64,000 nucleotides of DNA from an uncultured Desulfobacterales bacterium (GTDB lineage Bacteria > Desulfobacterota > Desulfobaccia > Desulfobaccales > Desulfobaccaceae), in the NCBI GenBank assembly GCA_964428565.1, contig CAYRYV010000013.1, forward strand, positions 1-64,000, in the 5' to 3' direction. Positions 56,038-64,000 of this stretch are shown here, one piece after another (position 1 is the first letter of the stretch; each line of letters opens with the position of its first letter). The notes under the pieces are model-generated. The model had not been told where the DNA came from and did no database searches. It worked only from the letters and a program-made list of their open reading frames with translations. The position numbers were made by a program, and so were the translations under genes.

Positions 56038-56245
56038 AACCGCCTCCTGTGCCATGTATTTCAAACCATGCCCGGCGCTCCGGCGCCGGCCTCCGGCTTT
56101 TCCCCTCTCCGGCCCCGCCGCCCCATAATTCTTTTGTATTTCCTCCCCGGTTTGCGATACTATTGACCTTGATCGCTGAGGCCCGGAGGGGGCCGGGACC
56201 CCCGTCCCGCGCCTCCCCTCTAACTTCCGGCCGCCCGAGGTGTCC

Positions 56246-57883
56246 ATGACCGCGCCCTGTAAGTCACCCCCCCCGGTGTTCAGCATTCTGATCCTGGCGC
56301 TCGCTTGCGTCCTGCTGTCCTTCTCTCCGGCCCGGGCCGTGACCCCCGGCGACCTCATCGTGGTCTACAACGCCAACCTCCCGGACAGTCAGGCGGTGGC
56401 CCGGCATTACGCCAAGGTCCGCGGCGTGCCCCCGGCCAATCTGCTGGGGGTGGACGTCACCCGTGAAGAGCGCATGGCCCGGGCCGACTTCGAGCCCAAA
56501 CTGGCGGCCCCGGTGCGGGCCGCGGCCCAACGCCTGCAGAAGGTGGGCCGGACTCCCGTCGTCGTCACCGTCTACGGCATCCCCCTGATCATCACCGGCG
56601 CCCCCGCCACCGCCGCCGACCAGGAATTCAAGTCCCAGGCCGCCGCCCGCTTCAATGACACCCTGGCCCAGCTCCTCCAAACCCTGCTGGAGCTGGACGC
56701 CGCGGTGCCCCCGGCGAAACTGACCCCGGAACGCCTCCGCACGGTCCCCTTCCCCGCCCTGATGAAGGCCGTCCAGGAGACCCTGGCCCGGGCCGTCGGC
56801 GCCCTGAAGCGGTCCCGGGTCCCCGAGGATAAGCGCGCCCAGATCATCACCCTGGCCACCCGCCTCACCGGCTCTCCCCAAGGCCGCGGTGCCGCCGCCG
56901 CCCCCGCGGCGGAGGTCCCGGAGGTCCCGGCGGAGCTCGACGTCCCCGAGGCCGCCCCGCCCCCCGCCTCCCCCCTCACCGACACCCAGGCCCTCTTCTG
57001 GGGCCTGCCCCCGGCCCAGGCCGAGGCCCATGCCCTGGCCGTCCGCTTCCGGTCGGGCCTGGTGGGCGAACTGGTCTTCTGGGAGCGCCAGAACCAGGCC
57101 TACCGCGGCCTGAAGGACACCGCCGCCGTGGACGGCGAGCTCACCCTCGTCCTGGCGGAGGCCTACCACCCCGCTCACTGGCTCCCCAATCCCTTTCTCC
57201 CCGCCTATGACCGGCTGCCCCTCATCCAGGACATCCGGCGGCGCACCGTCATGGTCAGCCGCCTCGACGGGCCCACCCCGGCCATTGCCCGCCGGCTGGT
57301 GGACGACGCCGCCGCCGTGGACAAAACCGGGCTTCAGGGCACCTTTTACATCGACGCCCGGGGCCTTTCCGGGAGCGCCGACAAGGTGGGGAGCTATCCC
57401 TGGTTCGACCGCCACCTGACGGCCCTGGCCGACTTCCTCAAACGGCGCACCAAACTCAAGGTGGTGCTCGACCAGAACCCCGCCGTCTTCCCTCCCTTTT
57501 CCTGCCCTCAGGCCGCCCTCTACGTCGGCTGGTACTCCCTGGGCCAGTATGTGCCCTCCTTCCAGTGGGTCAAAGGCGCGGTGGGCTACCACGTCGCCAG
57601 CGCCGAAGCCACCACCCTGCGGGACAAGGGCAGCCGGGTGTGGTGCAAACGCCTGCTCGAGGAAGGCGTCGCCGCCACCCTGGGCCCGGTGCACGAACCC
57701 TACCTGCACAGCTTTCCCCTGCCGGACCGCTTCTTTCCCCTGCTCCTCACCGGCCGCCTGTCCCTGGTGGAGGTCTACTTCCGCACCGTTCCCTTTGTGT
57801 CCTGGATGCAGGTCCTCATCGGCGACCCCCTCTACACCCCCTTCAAGGCCAAACCCGCCCTGGGGGAGGTTGCCGACGACTGA
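56246..57883 (+). CDS. Secreted hypothetical protein (546 aa) with an Ala/Pro-rich linker
   Basis: Signal peptide SILILALACVLLSFSPARA; no recognisable catalytic motif. Confidence 0.55.
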   Translation: MTAPCKSPPPVFSILILALACVLLSFSPARAVTPGDLIVVYNANLPDSQAVARHYAKVRGVPPANLLGVDVTREERMARADFEPKLAAPVRAAAQRLQKVGRTPVVVTVYGIPLIITGAPATAADQEFKSQAAARFNDTLAQLLQTLLELDAAVPPAKLTPERLRTVPFPALMKAVQETLARAVGALKRSRVPEDKRAQIITLATRLTGSPQGRGAAAAPAAEVPEVPAELDVPEAAPPPASPLTDTQALFWGLPPAQAEAHALAVRFRSGLVGELVFWERQNQAYRGLKDTAAVDGELTLVLAEAYHPAHWLPNPFLPAYDRLPLIQDIRRRTVMVSRLDGPTPAIARRLVDDAAAVDKTGLQGTFYIDARGLSGSADKVGSYPWFDRHLTALADFLKRRTKLKVVLDQNPAVFPPFSCPQAALYVGWYSLGQYVPSFQWVKGAVGYHVASAEATTLRDKGSRVWCKRLLEEGVAATLGPVHEPYLHSFPLPDRFFPLLLTGRLSLVEVYFRTVPFVSWMQVLIGDPLYTPFKAKPALGEVADD

Positions 57884-58004
57884 GGCCGCCTCGCCAGCGA
57901 TCCTTAGCGCGGTGCTCGCCGGTCCCTTCTCCCCGCACCGGGAAAAGGAGTTCTTGATCCTTCCCCCGCTCGGGCTGACCGGCAGCCGGTTGTTCACCAG
58001 CCGT

Positions 58005-59111
58005 CTACAGGAGGAGATGCTCGTTGCCCAGGCGCACGTGTTTCACCCCGGCGTCCCGGGCCACGCGGCGGGCCGCTTCGGCATACTCCCGGGACGTCGC
58101 CGGCAGGTCGTTGAGATAGAACTGGGGGTAGAAGGCGAGCAGGCTGTAGGGGATGTCAGGATTGCGACTGGCGATCAGCCGCGCCAGCCCGTGAATCTCT
58201 TCCAGGTCGACGTAGCCCGGCACCAGCAGGGTGCTGGCCGTCAGCAGCGGCACCTTCGGCCGCTCCTCCACTCTCTGGGCCAGGGCCGCGAAGTTCTGCA
58301 ACGTCTGGCTGTTGCTGACCCCGGTGAGGGCCAGGTGGATCTCTTCGCTGAAGGCCTTCAAATCCACTTTGATGATGCCGCCGTTGGCCAGGGAGCTGGC
58401 CACCAGCGGCTCCAGCCAGCCCGCCGTCATGCTGCCGTTGGTCTCCCAACAGATCCGCAGGGGCGTCCCTCGCGCCACCGCCGCCTCCCGGGCATAGCGG
58501 GCCGCGGCCAACGCATGGGGCAGCTGGGGGCTGGGGTCCCCCCCGAAATAGCAGATGCAGGCGGTTTTGCCGTTCACCGCCGCCGCCAGCTCCCGGGCCG
58601 ACTGCATCTCGCCGGTGAACGTTGATTTTTTGTAGGTCCAGTTCTGGCAATAGAGGCAATTGAAGTTGCAGGCGTGATAAAAGACCGCCAGATTGACCCA
58701 GCCGTACTCGGGGCCGTTGCGATGGGCGTACTGCGGATAGCCCCGGCCGGTGCCCCCGGGGCAGAACCAGTCGGCCACGCAATTGGTGGGCAGGGGGTCC
58801 TGATAGTAACTGACTCCGGCCGCCGCCGGGCTGCCGCCCCGCAGACGCCCCCCCTCCACCCGCCGGGCCCCGCAATAGCCGTAGCCCCCTTCCGGGATGC
58901 GGCAGCGGTGGAAACACAGGGAGCACGTCTTGCCCACCGGGGCCCGGGGAACCGCCGTCGGCAGGCCGAAGGCCTCCCGGGACTGACGGTGCACCGCCTC
59001 CACCTCCGGCCAGGCCCGCCCGAAGTCCCGGCGCAGGCACGGGCCGCAAAAGCCCAGGCGCTCCGAAATGTCCACGCCTTCCTGGCCGCATATCCGACAT
59101 GTGCCCATGGT
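58005..59111 (-). CDS. Radical SAM protein (activase-like) with an N-terminal CxxC...CxxC zinc ribbon
   Basis: CNFNCLYCQNW radical SAM cluster motif; N-terminal CRICGQ...CGPC. Confidence 0.7.
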   Translation of the reverse strand, partial: TMGTCRICGQEGVDISERLGFCGPCLRRDFGRAWPEVEAVHRQSREAFGLPTAVPRAPVGKTCSLCFHRCRIPEGGYGYCGARRVEGGRLRGGSPAAAGVSYYQDPLPTNCVADWFCPGGTGRGYPQYAHRNGPEYGWVNLAVFYHACNFNCLYCQNWTYKKSTFTGEMQSARELAAAVNGKTACICYFGGDPSPQLPHALAAARYAREAAVARGTPLRICWETNGSMTAGWLEPLVASSLANGGIIKVDLKAFSEEIHLALTGVSNSQTLQNFAALAQRVEERPKVPLLTASTLLVPGYVDLEEIHGLARLIASRNPDIPYSLLAFYPQFYLNDLPATSREYAEAARRVARDAGVKHVRLGNEHLLL

Positions 59112-59187
59112 CTCTCCCTGACCGTGGCGGGCCGCTCTCCCCCGGCCCGCTTCCCCGGCGCCCACCTGCAGCCCCGGCCTCCGGACC

Positions 59188-60216
59188 TCAATCAAATATG
59201 CTGGGGTGAGCTTTCTTCGGGGTCTTCTGGTGAAAATACTCCAACGCCCGCCGGGTCACCACGCGCCCCCGGGGGGTGCGGCTTAAAAAGCCGCACTGGA
59301 TCAGAAAGGGCTCGTAGACCTCCTCCAGGGTGTCCCGCTCCTCGCCCACCGCCGTGGCGATGGTGTCGATCCCCACCGGGCCGCCGTCGAACTTCTCCAT
59401 GATGGTCAACAGAATCTTGCGGTCCATGCGGTCGAAGCCCTGGGCGTCCACCTCCAGCAGGCTCAGGGCGGCGTCCGCCGTCTGCCGGTTGACGATCCCG
59501 TCGCTCCGCACCTGGGCGTAGTCCCGCACCCTTTTCAGCAGCCGGTTGGCGATGCGGGGCGTGCCCCGGCTCCGGCGGGCGATCTCCCGGGCGCCCCCCG
59601 CCTCGATCTGCACCCCCAAAATGGCCGCCGCCCGGGTGACGATGACGGTCAACTCCTCGGGCCGGTAGAACTCCACCCGCAGCATCAGCCCGAACCGGTC
59701 CCGCAGCGGCGGGGTCAACAGGCCCGCCCGGGTGGTGGCCCCCACCAGCGTAAAGCGCGGCAACTCCAGCTTGATGGCCCTCGCCCCCGGCCCCTGGCCG
59801 ATGATCAGGTCCAGCTGGAAGTCCTCCATGGCCGGGTAGAGGATTTCCTCCACCACGTGGGGCAGCCGGTGCACTTCGTCGATGAACAGCACGTCCCCGG
59901 CCTTCTGGTTGGTCAGCAGGGCCGCCAGGTCCCCGGGCCGCTCGATCACCGGCCCCGAGGTGGTCTTGATCCCCACCCCCATCTCCTGGGCGATGATGTG
60001 CGACAGGGTGGTCTTGCCCAACCCCGGGTGGCCGTGGATCAGGATGTGGTCCAGGGCCTCCCCCCGCCCCTTGGCCGCCTCGATGGCGATCTCCAGGGTG
60101 CGCTTGGTCTCCTCCTGCCCCACAAACTCGCGCAGCCGCCGCGGCCGCAGCCCCAGTTCCAACCCCAACTCGTCCAACTGCAACCGGGGACTGACAAATC
60201 TCTCCGCACTCTCCAT
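59188..60216 (-). CDS. ruvB: Holliday junction branch-migration helicase RuvB
   Basis: [10 protein letters not shown] Walker A, FIDEVHRL, RuvB winged-helix C-terminus. Confidence 0.9.
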   Translation of the reverse strand: MESAERFVSPRLQLDELGLELGLRPRRLREFVGQEETKRTLEIAIEAAKGRGEALDHILIHGHPGLGKTTLSHIIAQEMGVGIKTTSGPVIERPGDLAALLTNQKAGDVLFIDEVHRLPHVVEEILYPAMEDFQLDLIIGQGPGARAIKLELPRFTLVGATTRAGLLTPPLRDRFGLMLRVEFYRPEELTVIVTRAAAILGVQIEAGGAREIARRSRGTPRIANRLLKRVRDYAQVRSDGIVNRQTADAALSLLEVDAQGFDRMDRKILLTIMEKFDGGPVGIDTIATAVGEERDTLEEVYEPFLIQCGFLSRTPRGRVVTRRALEYFHQKTPKKAHPSIFD

Positions 60217-60520
60217 AATTGCCCTCAGTCTACCGCACTTTTTTCGACAATACAACCATCTTTCCGCCTCCCCCCCCGTACCGCTCCCCGGTACACCCCC
60301 CGCGTTGCCGGGGTGGCGCCGCCACCAGAGGCTCTTCTCCCCGCTCCCCAACTCCTGCCGGGCAACGCCCTTATCCCGCCCGGCTCCCGCCGGGCCTCCT
60401 CTGGTTTTCTGCTATGACGCCGCCGCCCCCGGCGCGCTCTGTTCCCCCGTCCCGCTCCCCGGCACACCCCCGGCTGTCCCCGACCACGTGTTGCCGGGGT
60501 GGCGCCGCCACCAGAGGTTA

Positions 60521-61170
60521 TTTTTTTCTCGTGCCCAAGTTGTACTTGGGCACGTTATTATTTTGCCAAGCTGTGCTTGGCCACCATTCTTTTCCTTTCG
60601 CCCCCCCTTTGACAAAGGGGGGCCGGGGGGATTTCTTTTTCTTTGGTGCCCCCCCGCCGGCTCCCGGCCCCCAAAAATGCTCCCCACGTTACGATTTTGT
60701 GACATGTGTCCTATGTGTCTCATGTGTGTTGGACCCGACCCCGCTTTTTCTGTACAGTGGTAACCGGGCGGCCACCCCGCCCCCCAAACAAACCAGAAAA
60801 ACAATACGTTTCCTTAACTGGAAACCGGAAACCGGAAACTCACCAGGGGCCGTTAGCCGCACCCGCGGCCGGCGCGCCCCGCCCAAGGATTGGGCTATGG
60901 ACAAACACACGCTGTTGTGCAGCATCTGCAACCACCCGCGGCCGGGTCGCCCTTACCCGGTACACCCCCGGTACAGGCCGGTACCGGTACCGGCCTGTAC
61001 CGGCCCCCGGCGGTCCACCGCCGGCCCGTTGATATGAGGCTTGCGCGATGAATAAGAAAGGAAATCAAGATGATACAGGAAAGGTAACTGCCGCCGCCCC
61101 CCGGTGTACCGGGTAACCGGCGTTTTTTCCCCGGTACCCGGTACACCGGCACGCGCCGGTGTGCCCACGG
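60521..61170. repeat. Composite non-coding repeat, copy 2 (block A 60521-60730, block B ~60950-61170); inverted relative to copy 1
   Basis: Same twin hairpins + U-tract and the perfect 32-bp palindrome GGTACAGGCCGGTACCGGTACCGGCCTGTACC; (GGAAACC)x3 between the blocks. Confidence 0.75.
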
Positions 61171-61305
61171 CCCCCCTCCCCCGGCCATCTTCTCCCTCCC
61201 GCGGCCCCCGCCCCCGGGGTGATTGCGCCTGGGGTCGGGAATATGCTATAGTAGGCTCACGCTGGGGGGCCGCCCTCTGGCGATCTCACTTCCAAGGAGC
61301 TGATT

Positions 61306-61590
61306 ATGGCCACCTTTTTCATGTTCGGCAAATATACCAATGAAGCCCTCAAGGGCATGAGCGCCGCCCGCACCACCAAGGTCCAGGACCTGGTGAAGAA
61401 GTATGGGGGCGACATCAAATCCATGTATGCCCTCCTGGGCGCCTATGATCTGGTTTTCCTTGCTGAATTCCCGGGGGTGGGTCAGGCCATGCAGGCCTCG
61501 GTGGCCTTGGCCAAGGCCACCGGCATTTCCTTCACCACCCGCCCGGCGGTGTCCGTGGCGGAGTTTGATCAGCTCATGGCTGCGGTCTGA
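61306..61590 (+). CDS. GYD-domain protein
   Basis: MATFFMFGKYTNEALKG...LGAYDLVFLAEFP pattern of the GYD family; SD AAGGAG. Confidence 0.7.
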   Translation: MATFFMFGKYTNEALKGMSAARTTKVQDLVKKYGGDIKSMYALLGAYDLVFLAEFPGVGQAMQASVALAKATGISFTTRPAVSVAEFDQLMAAV

Positions 61591-61617
61591 TCCGGCGCTG
61601 GCCGTCGCCGTCCACTG

Positions 61618-62034
61618 ATGCGCTGCCCGGGATGTGGCCGCCGGCTTGATCCGGCTTGTCATGCCGAGCTGATTTGCGACGTGCAGGTCTGGTGCGACGC
61701 CTGCCGCGCCTACGACCCCGAGTTGCTGCGGACCCGGCCGCTGGGCGAACTGGCGGAGTGGGCGGCGCTGATCTGCCGCGCCTTTGACCGGCCGCCGGTG
61801 CCCCTGGATCATGATCCCCAGGCGGCTCACGACTGGCGCCGTTACTGGCAGGGCGACTTCTGCCAGTTGGGGGAGGCCGACCACGGCCGGGGCCGCGTCC
61901 TGCTCTTTCCCCCCGGCTACCGGCTGGTTTCCCTGTGCCACGAACTCGCCCACATCTTCACCGGCGAGGACCACACCCCCGCCTGGGCCCGCACCTTCGC
62001 CGTCCTGGTCGCCTGGGTCAGGGGCCGCCTGTAG
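61618..62034 (+). CDS. Hypothetical protein with N-terminal Cys4 zinc ribbon and an HExxH motif (HELAHIFTGEDH)
   Basis: CPGCG...CDAC; HELAH could be a metallopeptidase-like site. Confidence 0.45.
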   Translation: MRCPGCGRRLDPACHAELICDVQVWCDACRAYDPELLRTRPLGELAEWAALICRAFDRPPVPLDHDPQAAHDWRRYWQGDFCQLGEADHGRGRVLLFPPGYRLVSLCHELAHIFTGEDHTPAWARTFAVLVAWVRGRL

Positions 62035-62164
62035 GCCCCCCGGTCTTCTTCTCCGGGCCAACCTTCCAGGCCGGGCACACAAAAAGGGGCCGGGGGTTGC
62101 CCCCCGGCCCGGTTAAGGTTACTGGTGCGTCAGTGATAGAGAGCGTGGGGCCGTCTCCAATCCC

Positions 62165-62527
62165 TTACTTGGTTCCCTCCTTGCCCTGCTCCTTCACGTC
62201 CTTCGGGGGCTCGGGTTTGCCTTTCTCGCCCGCCGGCTTGTCCGGAGTGGCCGGCTTGGCGCCTTCGGGTTTGCTCATTTCGGTCTTGACGCCTTCTTTC
62301 ACCTTGGCGGGGTCTTTTTCGCCTTCATGAGACTTGGCCAACTGACCGGGGTTCTGCTTCTTGATATCCTTGGTGTCGACCTGCTTGTCCTTGATATCCC
62401 CGGCCTTGGCGGCCTGGGCTACGGGTTTGGCCGGGGGGGTTTTGCTGCCGGTGGCCTCGGCGGACGCGGCCGCCGCCAGTCCCAGGGTGAATACCAAAGC
62501 GGTGGCGGTGGAGATGATCTTTTTCAT
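62165..62527 (-). CDS. Secreted Lys/Pro/Glu-rich low-complexity protein
   Basis: Signal peptide MKKIISTATALVFTLGLAAAASA; KP/KE-rich repeats. Confidence 0.5.
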   Translation of the reverse strand: MKKIISTATALVFTLGLAAAASAEATGSKTPPAKPVAQAAKAGDIKDKQVDTKDIKKQNPGQLAKSHEGEKDPAKVKEGVKTEMSKPEGAKPATPDKPAGEKGKPEPPKDVKEQGKEGTK

Positions 62528-62813
62528 GCAGTGTTTCCTCTCTTTTCTTTGTTATGGGCGCTCCCTGGCGCCTGTCTTAGGTAATTGCAAGGGGTTTGCC
62601 AACCGCTGATAAGACGATAACCTGCGGAATATCGGAGTGAATTTCCTGCGAAGAAAAACGTCCGGCCCCTGCCGGATTGCCGGGGAATCTTAATTTGAAA
62701 AACGCTCCCCGGCCGCGGCCGCAACCCGTATCAATTTGACATTGCGACCCGGCTGCTGCCCCCGGGAGGGCGGGCGCGCCTTCTCTTTCCGAGAATCGGA
62801 TATTTTTGATGTG

Positions 62814-63962
62814 TTAACCGGCGAGGTCCACTGCCAGCGCCGCCGCCCGCCGGGAAGCCCCCGGTCCTCCCAATTCGCCCAGCAGCCGCTCCACGCCCCG
62901 GCGCATCGCCCTCAGGCGCTCCGGTTGCGTCAGCCAGGCCTGCACCTGGGCCGCAATACCCTCCGGAGTCGCCTCTGCCTGGATCAGCTCCGGGAAGAGA
63001 CCCTCCCCGGCCAGCAGGTTCGCCATGCCGATGTAGGGCACCCGGATGAGCCGGCGGCCCAGCCGGTAGGAGAGCGGCGCCAGCTTATAGACGATGACCA
63101 TGGGCGTGCCCCACAGGACCGCCTCCAGGGTGGCCGTCCCCGACGTCACCACCGCCAGGTCCGCCGCCGCCAGCACCTCCGCGGTCCGCTCCGTCACAAT
63201 GGCCACCGCCGCGGCCGCCAGCCGCCGCACCATGTCCTCCGGCGCTCCCGGGGCCAACGGCAGGACAAACCGGCATCCCGGGGTCCGCCCGGCGATGAGC
63301 CCCGCTGCCGCGCCCATCACCGGCAGTATCCGGGCGATCTCGCTGCCCCGGCTCCCGGGCAGCAGCGCCACCAGGAGTTCCCCCTGACCCACGCCCAAAC
63401 GCCGCCGCAGCTCTGCCCGCGGTGGCAGGGTCGGCAGGGTCTCCCGCAGGGGATGGCCTACGTACGTGGCCGCCACCCCATAGTCCCGGTAGAACTTCTC
63501 TTCGAAGGGGAAGATCACCGCCAGGCGGTCCGCCAACCTGGCCAGGGTGTGCACCCGGTATCGCCGCCAGGCCCACACCTGGGGACAGATGTAGTACATC
63601 ACCCGCAGGCCCAGCCTCTTTGCCATCCGGGCCACCATGAAGTTGAAGTCCGGAAAGTCCACCAGGATAACCACGCCGGGCCGCTGCTGTTGGAGGTAGC
63701 GCCAGATCCGGAGCAGCGCCCGGGCGACATCGGGCAGCTTGGCGAACACCTCGGTGAGGCCCATCACCGCCAGGTCCTCGGCCGGAAACAGGATCTCCAT
63801 GCCTTCCCCGGCCAGCCTCCGGCCCCCGATGCCGGCGAAAGTCGCCCCCGGCCGCAGCCTCCTGATCTCTGCGGCCAGCCGGGCCGCATGCCCGTCCCCG
63901 GACGCCTCTCCGGCGGAGAGGAAGAAAAGCTGCGGGTTGCAGTTCTTCGGCGCCCGTTTCAC
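62814..63962 (-). CDS. lpxB: Lipid-A-disaccharide synthase
   Basis: GT-B fold family motifs (FFLSAGEASGD, LLPGSR, SGTATLE). Confidence 0.85.
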   Translation of the reverse strand: MKRAPKNCNPQLFFLSAGEASGDGHAARLAAEIRRLRPGATFAGIGGRRLAGEGMEILFPAEDLAVMGLTEVFAKLPDVARALLRIWRYLQQQRPGVVILVDFPDFNFMVARMAKRLGLRVMYYICPQVWAWRRYRVHTLARLADRLAVIFPFEEKFYRDYGVAATYVGHPLRETLPTLPPRAELRRRLGVGQGELLVALLPGSRGSEIARILPVMGAAAGLIAGRTPGCRFVLPLAPGAPEDMVRRLAAAAVAIVTERTAEVLAAADLAVVTSGTATLEAVLWGTPMVIVYKLAPLSYRLGRRLIRVPYIGMANLLAGEGLFPELIQAEATPEGIAAQVQAWLTQPERLRAMRRGVERLLGELGGPGASRRAAALAVDLAG

Positions 63963-64000
63963 GCTCGCGGCAACCTTCTCTTGTTGCTGTAATTCTTCAC

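Noticed and set aside
61040-61110. Short ORF MNKKGNQDDTGKVTAAAPRCTG (copy 2) / MNNEGIQDDARKVTTS... (copy 1) with an SD-like GAGG inside repeat block B
   Set aside because: Differences between the copies are mostly non-synonymous and the frame is lost after ~15 codons in copy 1. Conservation appears to be at the nucleotide level.
1-64000. CRISPR arrays, insertion sequences/transposases, rRNA genes, toxin-antitoxin pairs
   Set aside because: Scanned for regularly spaced direct repeats, DDE/HTH transposase motifs and rRNA signatures; none found. The only large repeats are the inverted composite element, the tandem mvhD genes and short local iterons.

Overview
High-GC (~63-66%) chromosomal window that looks like an anaerobic Deltaproteobacteria/Desulfobacterota-type genome; this taxonomic guess rests on the gene content. 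Gene order: (1) an iron-uptake locus: fur, a Fur paralogue that keeps only the C-terminal metal-binding domain, feoA-feoA-feoB, and a tiny FeoB-associated Cys-rich membrane protein that the ORF track misses; (2) a low-GC islet with a PEP-CTERM sorted protein; (3) a large minus-strand redox cluster that resembles the electron-bifurcating methylene-THF reductase/heterodisulfide reductase complexes of acetogens and sulfate reducers: hdrC-hdrB, a 1514-aa HdrA/GltD-like fusion (HdrL), two mvhD paralogues, metV-metF, a short hdrA, and a 979-aa FAD/FeS/MvhD/molybdopterin-dinucleotide/GcvH-like fusion protein. The upstream mvhD copy carries an in-frame TGA exactly at a conserved Cys codon, so it is most likely a selenoprotein; (4) a low-GC stretch with an SPFH protein, decayed gene fragments, tRNA-Glu(UUC) and tRNA-Lys(UUU); (5) about 33 kb of mixed housekeeping and signalling genes (IHF/HU, HDAC-like, ferredoxins, PAS, a 2Fe-2S-ferredoxin::adenylate-cyclase fusion, radical SAM enzymes, ychF, comF, hybrid sensor kinase, addA/addB-like helicase-nuclease, cysC + sulfotransferase + flippase-like + thioesterase, tadE/tadG pilins, YcaO-TPR, ruvB). 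This 33-kb segment is bracketed by two inverted copies of a ~0.6-kb composite non-coding repeat (blocks ~95% identical) that contains twin terminator-like hairpins and GTACC-rich palindromes; (6) GYD-domain protein, HExxH protein, Lys-rich secreted protein, lpxB. No CRISPR array, transposase or rRNA was seen. Many long ORFs in the six-frame track are high-GC artefacts that overlap real genes on the other strand.
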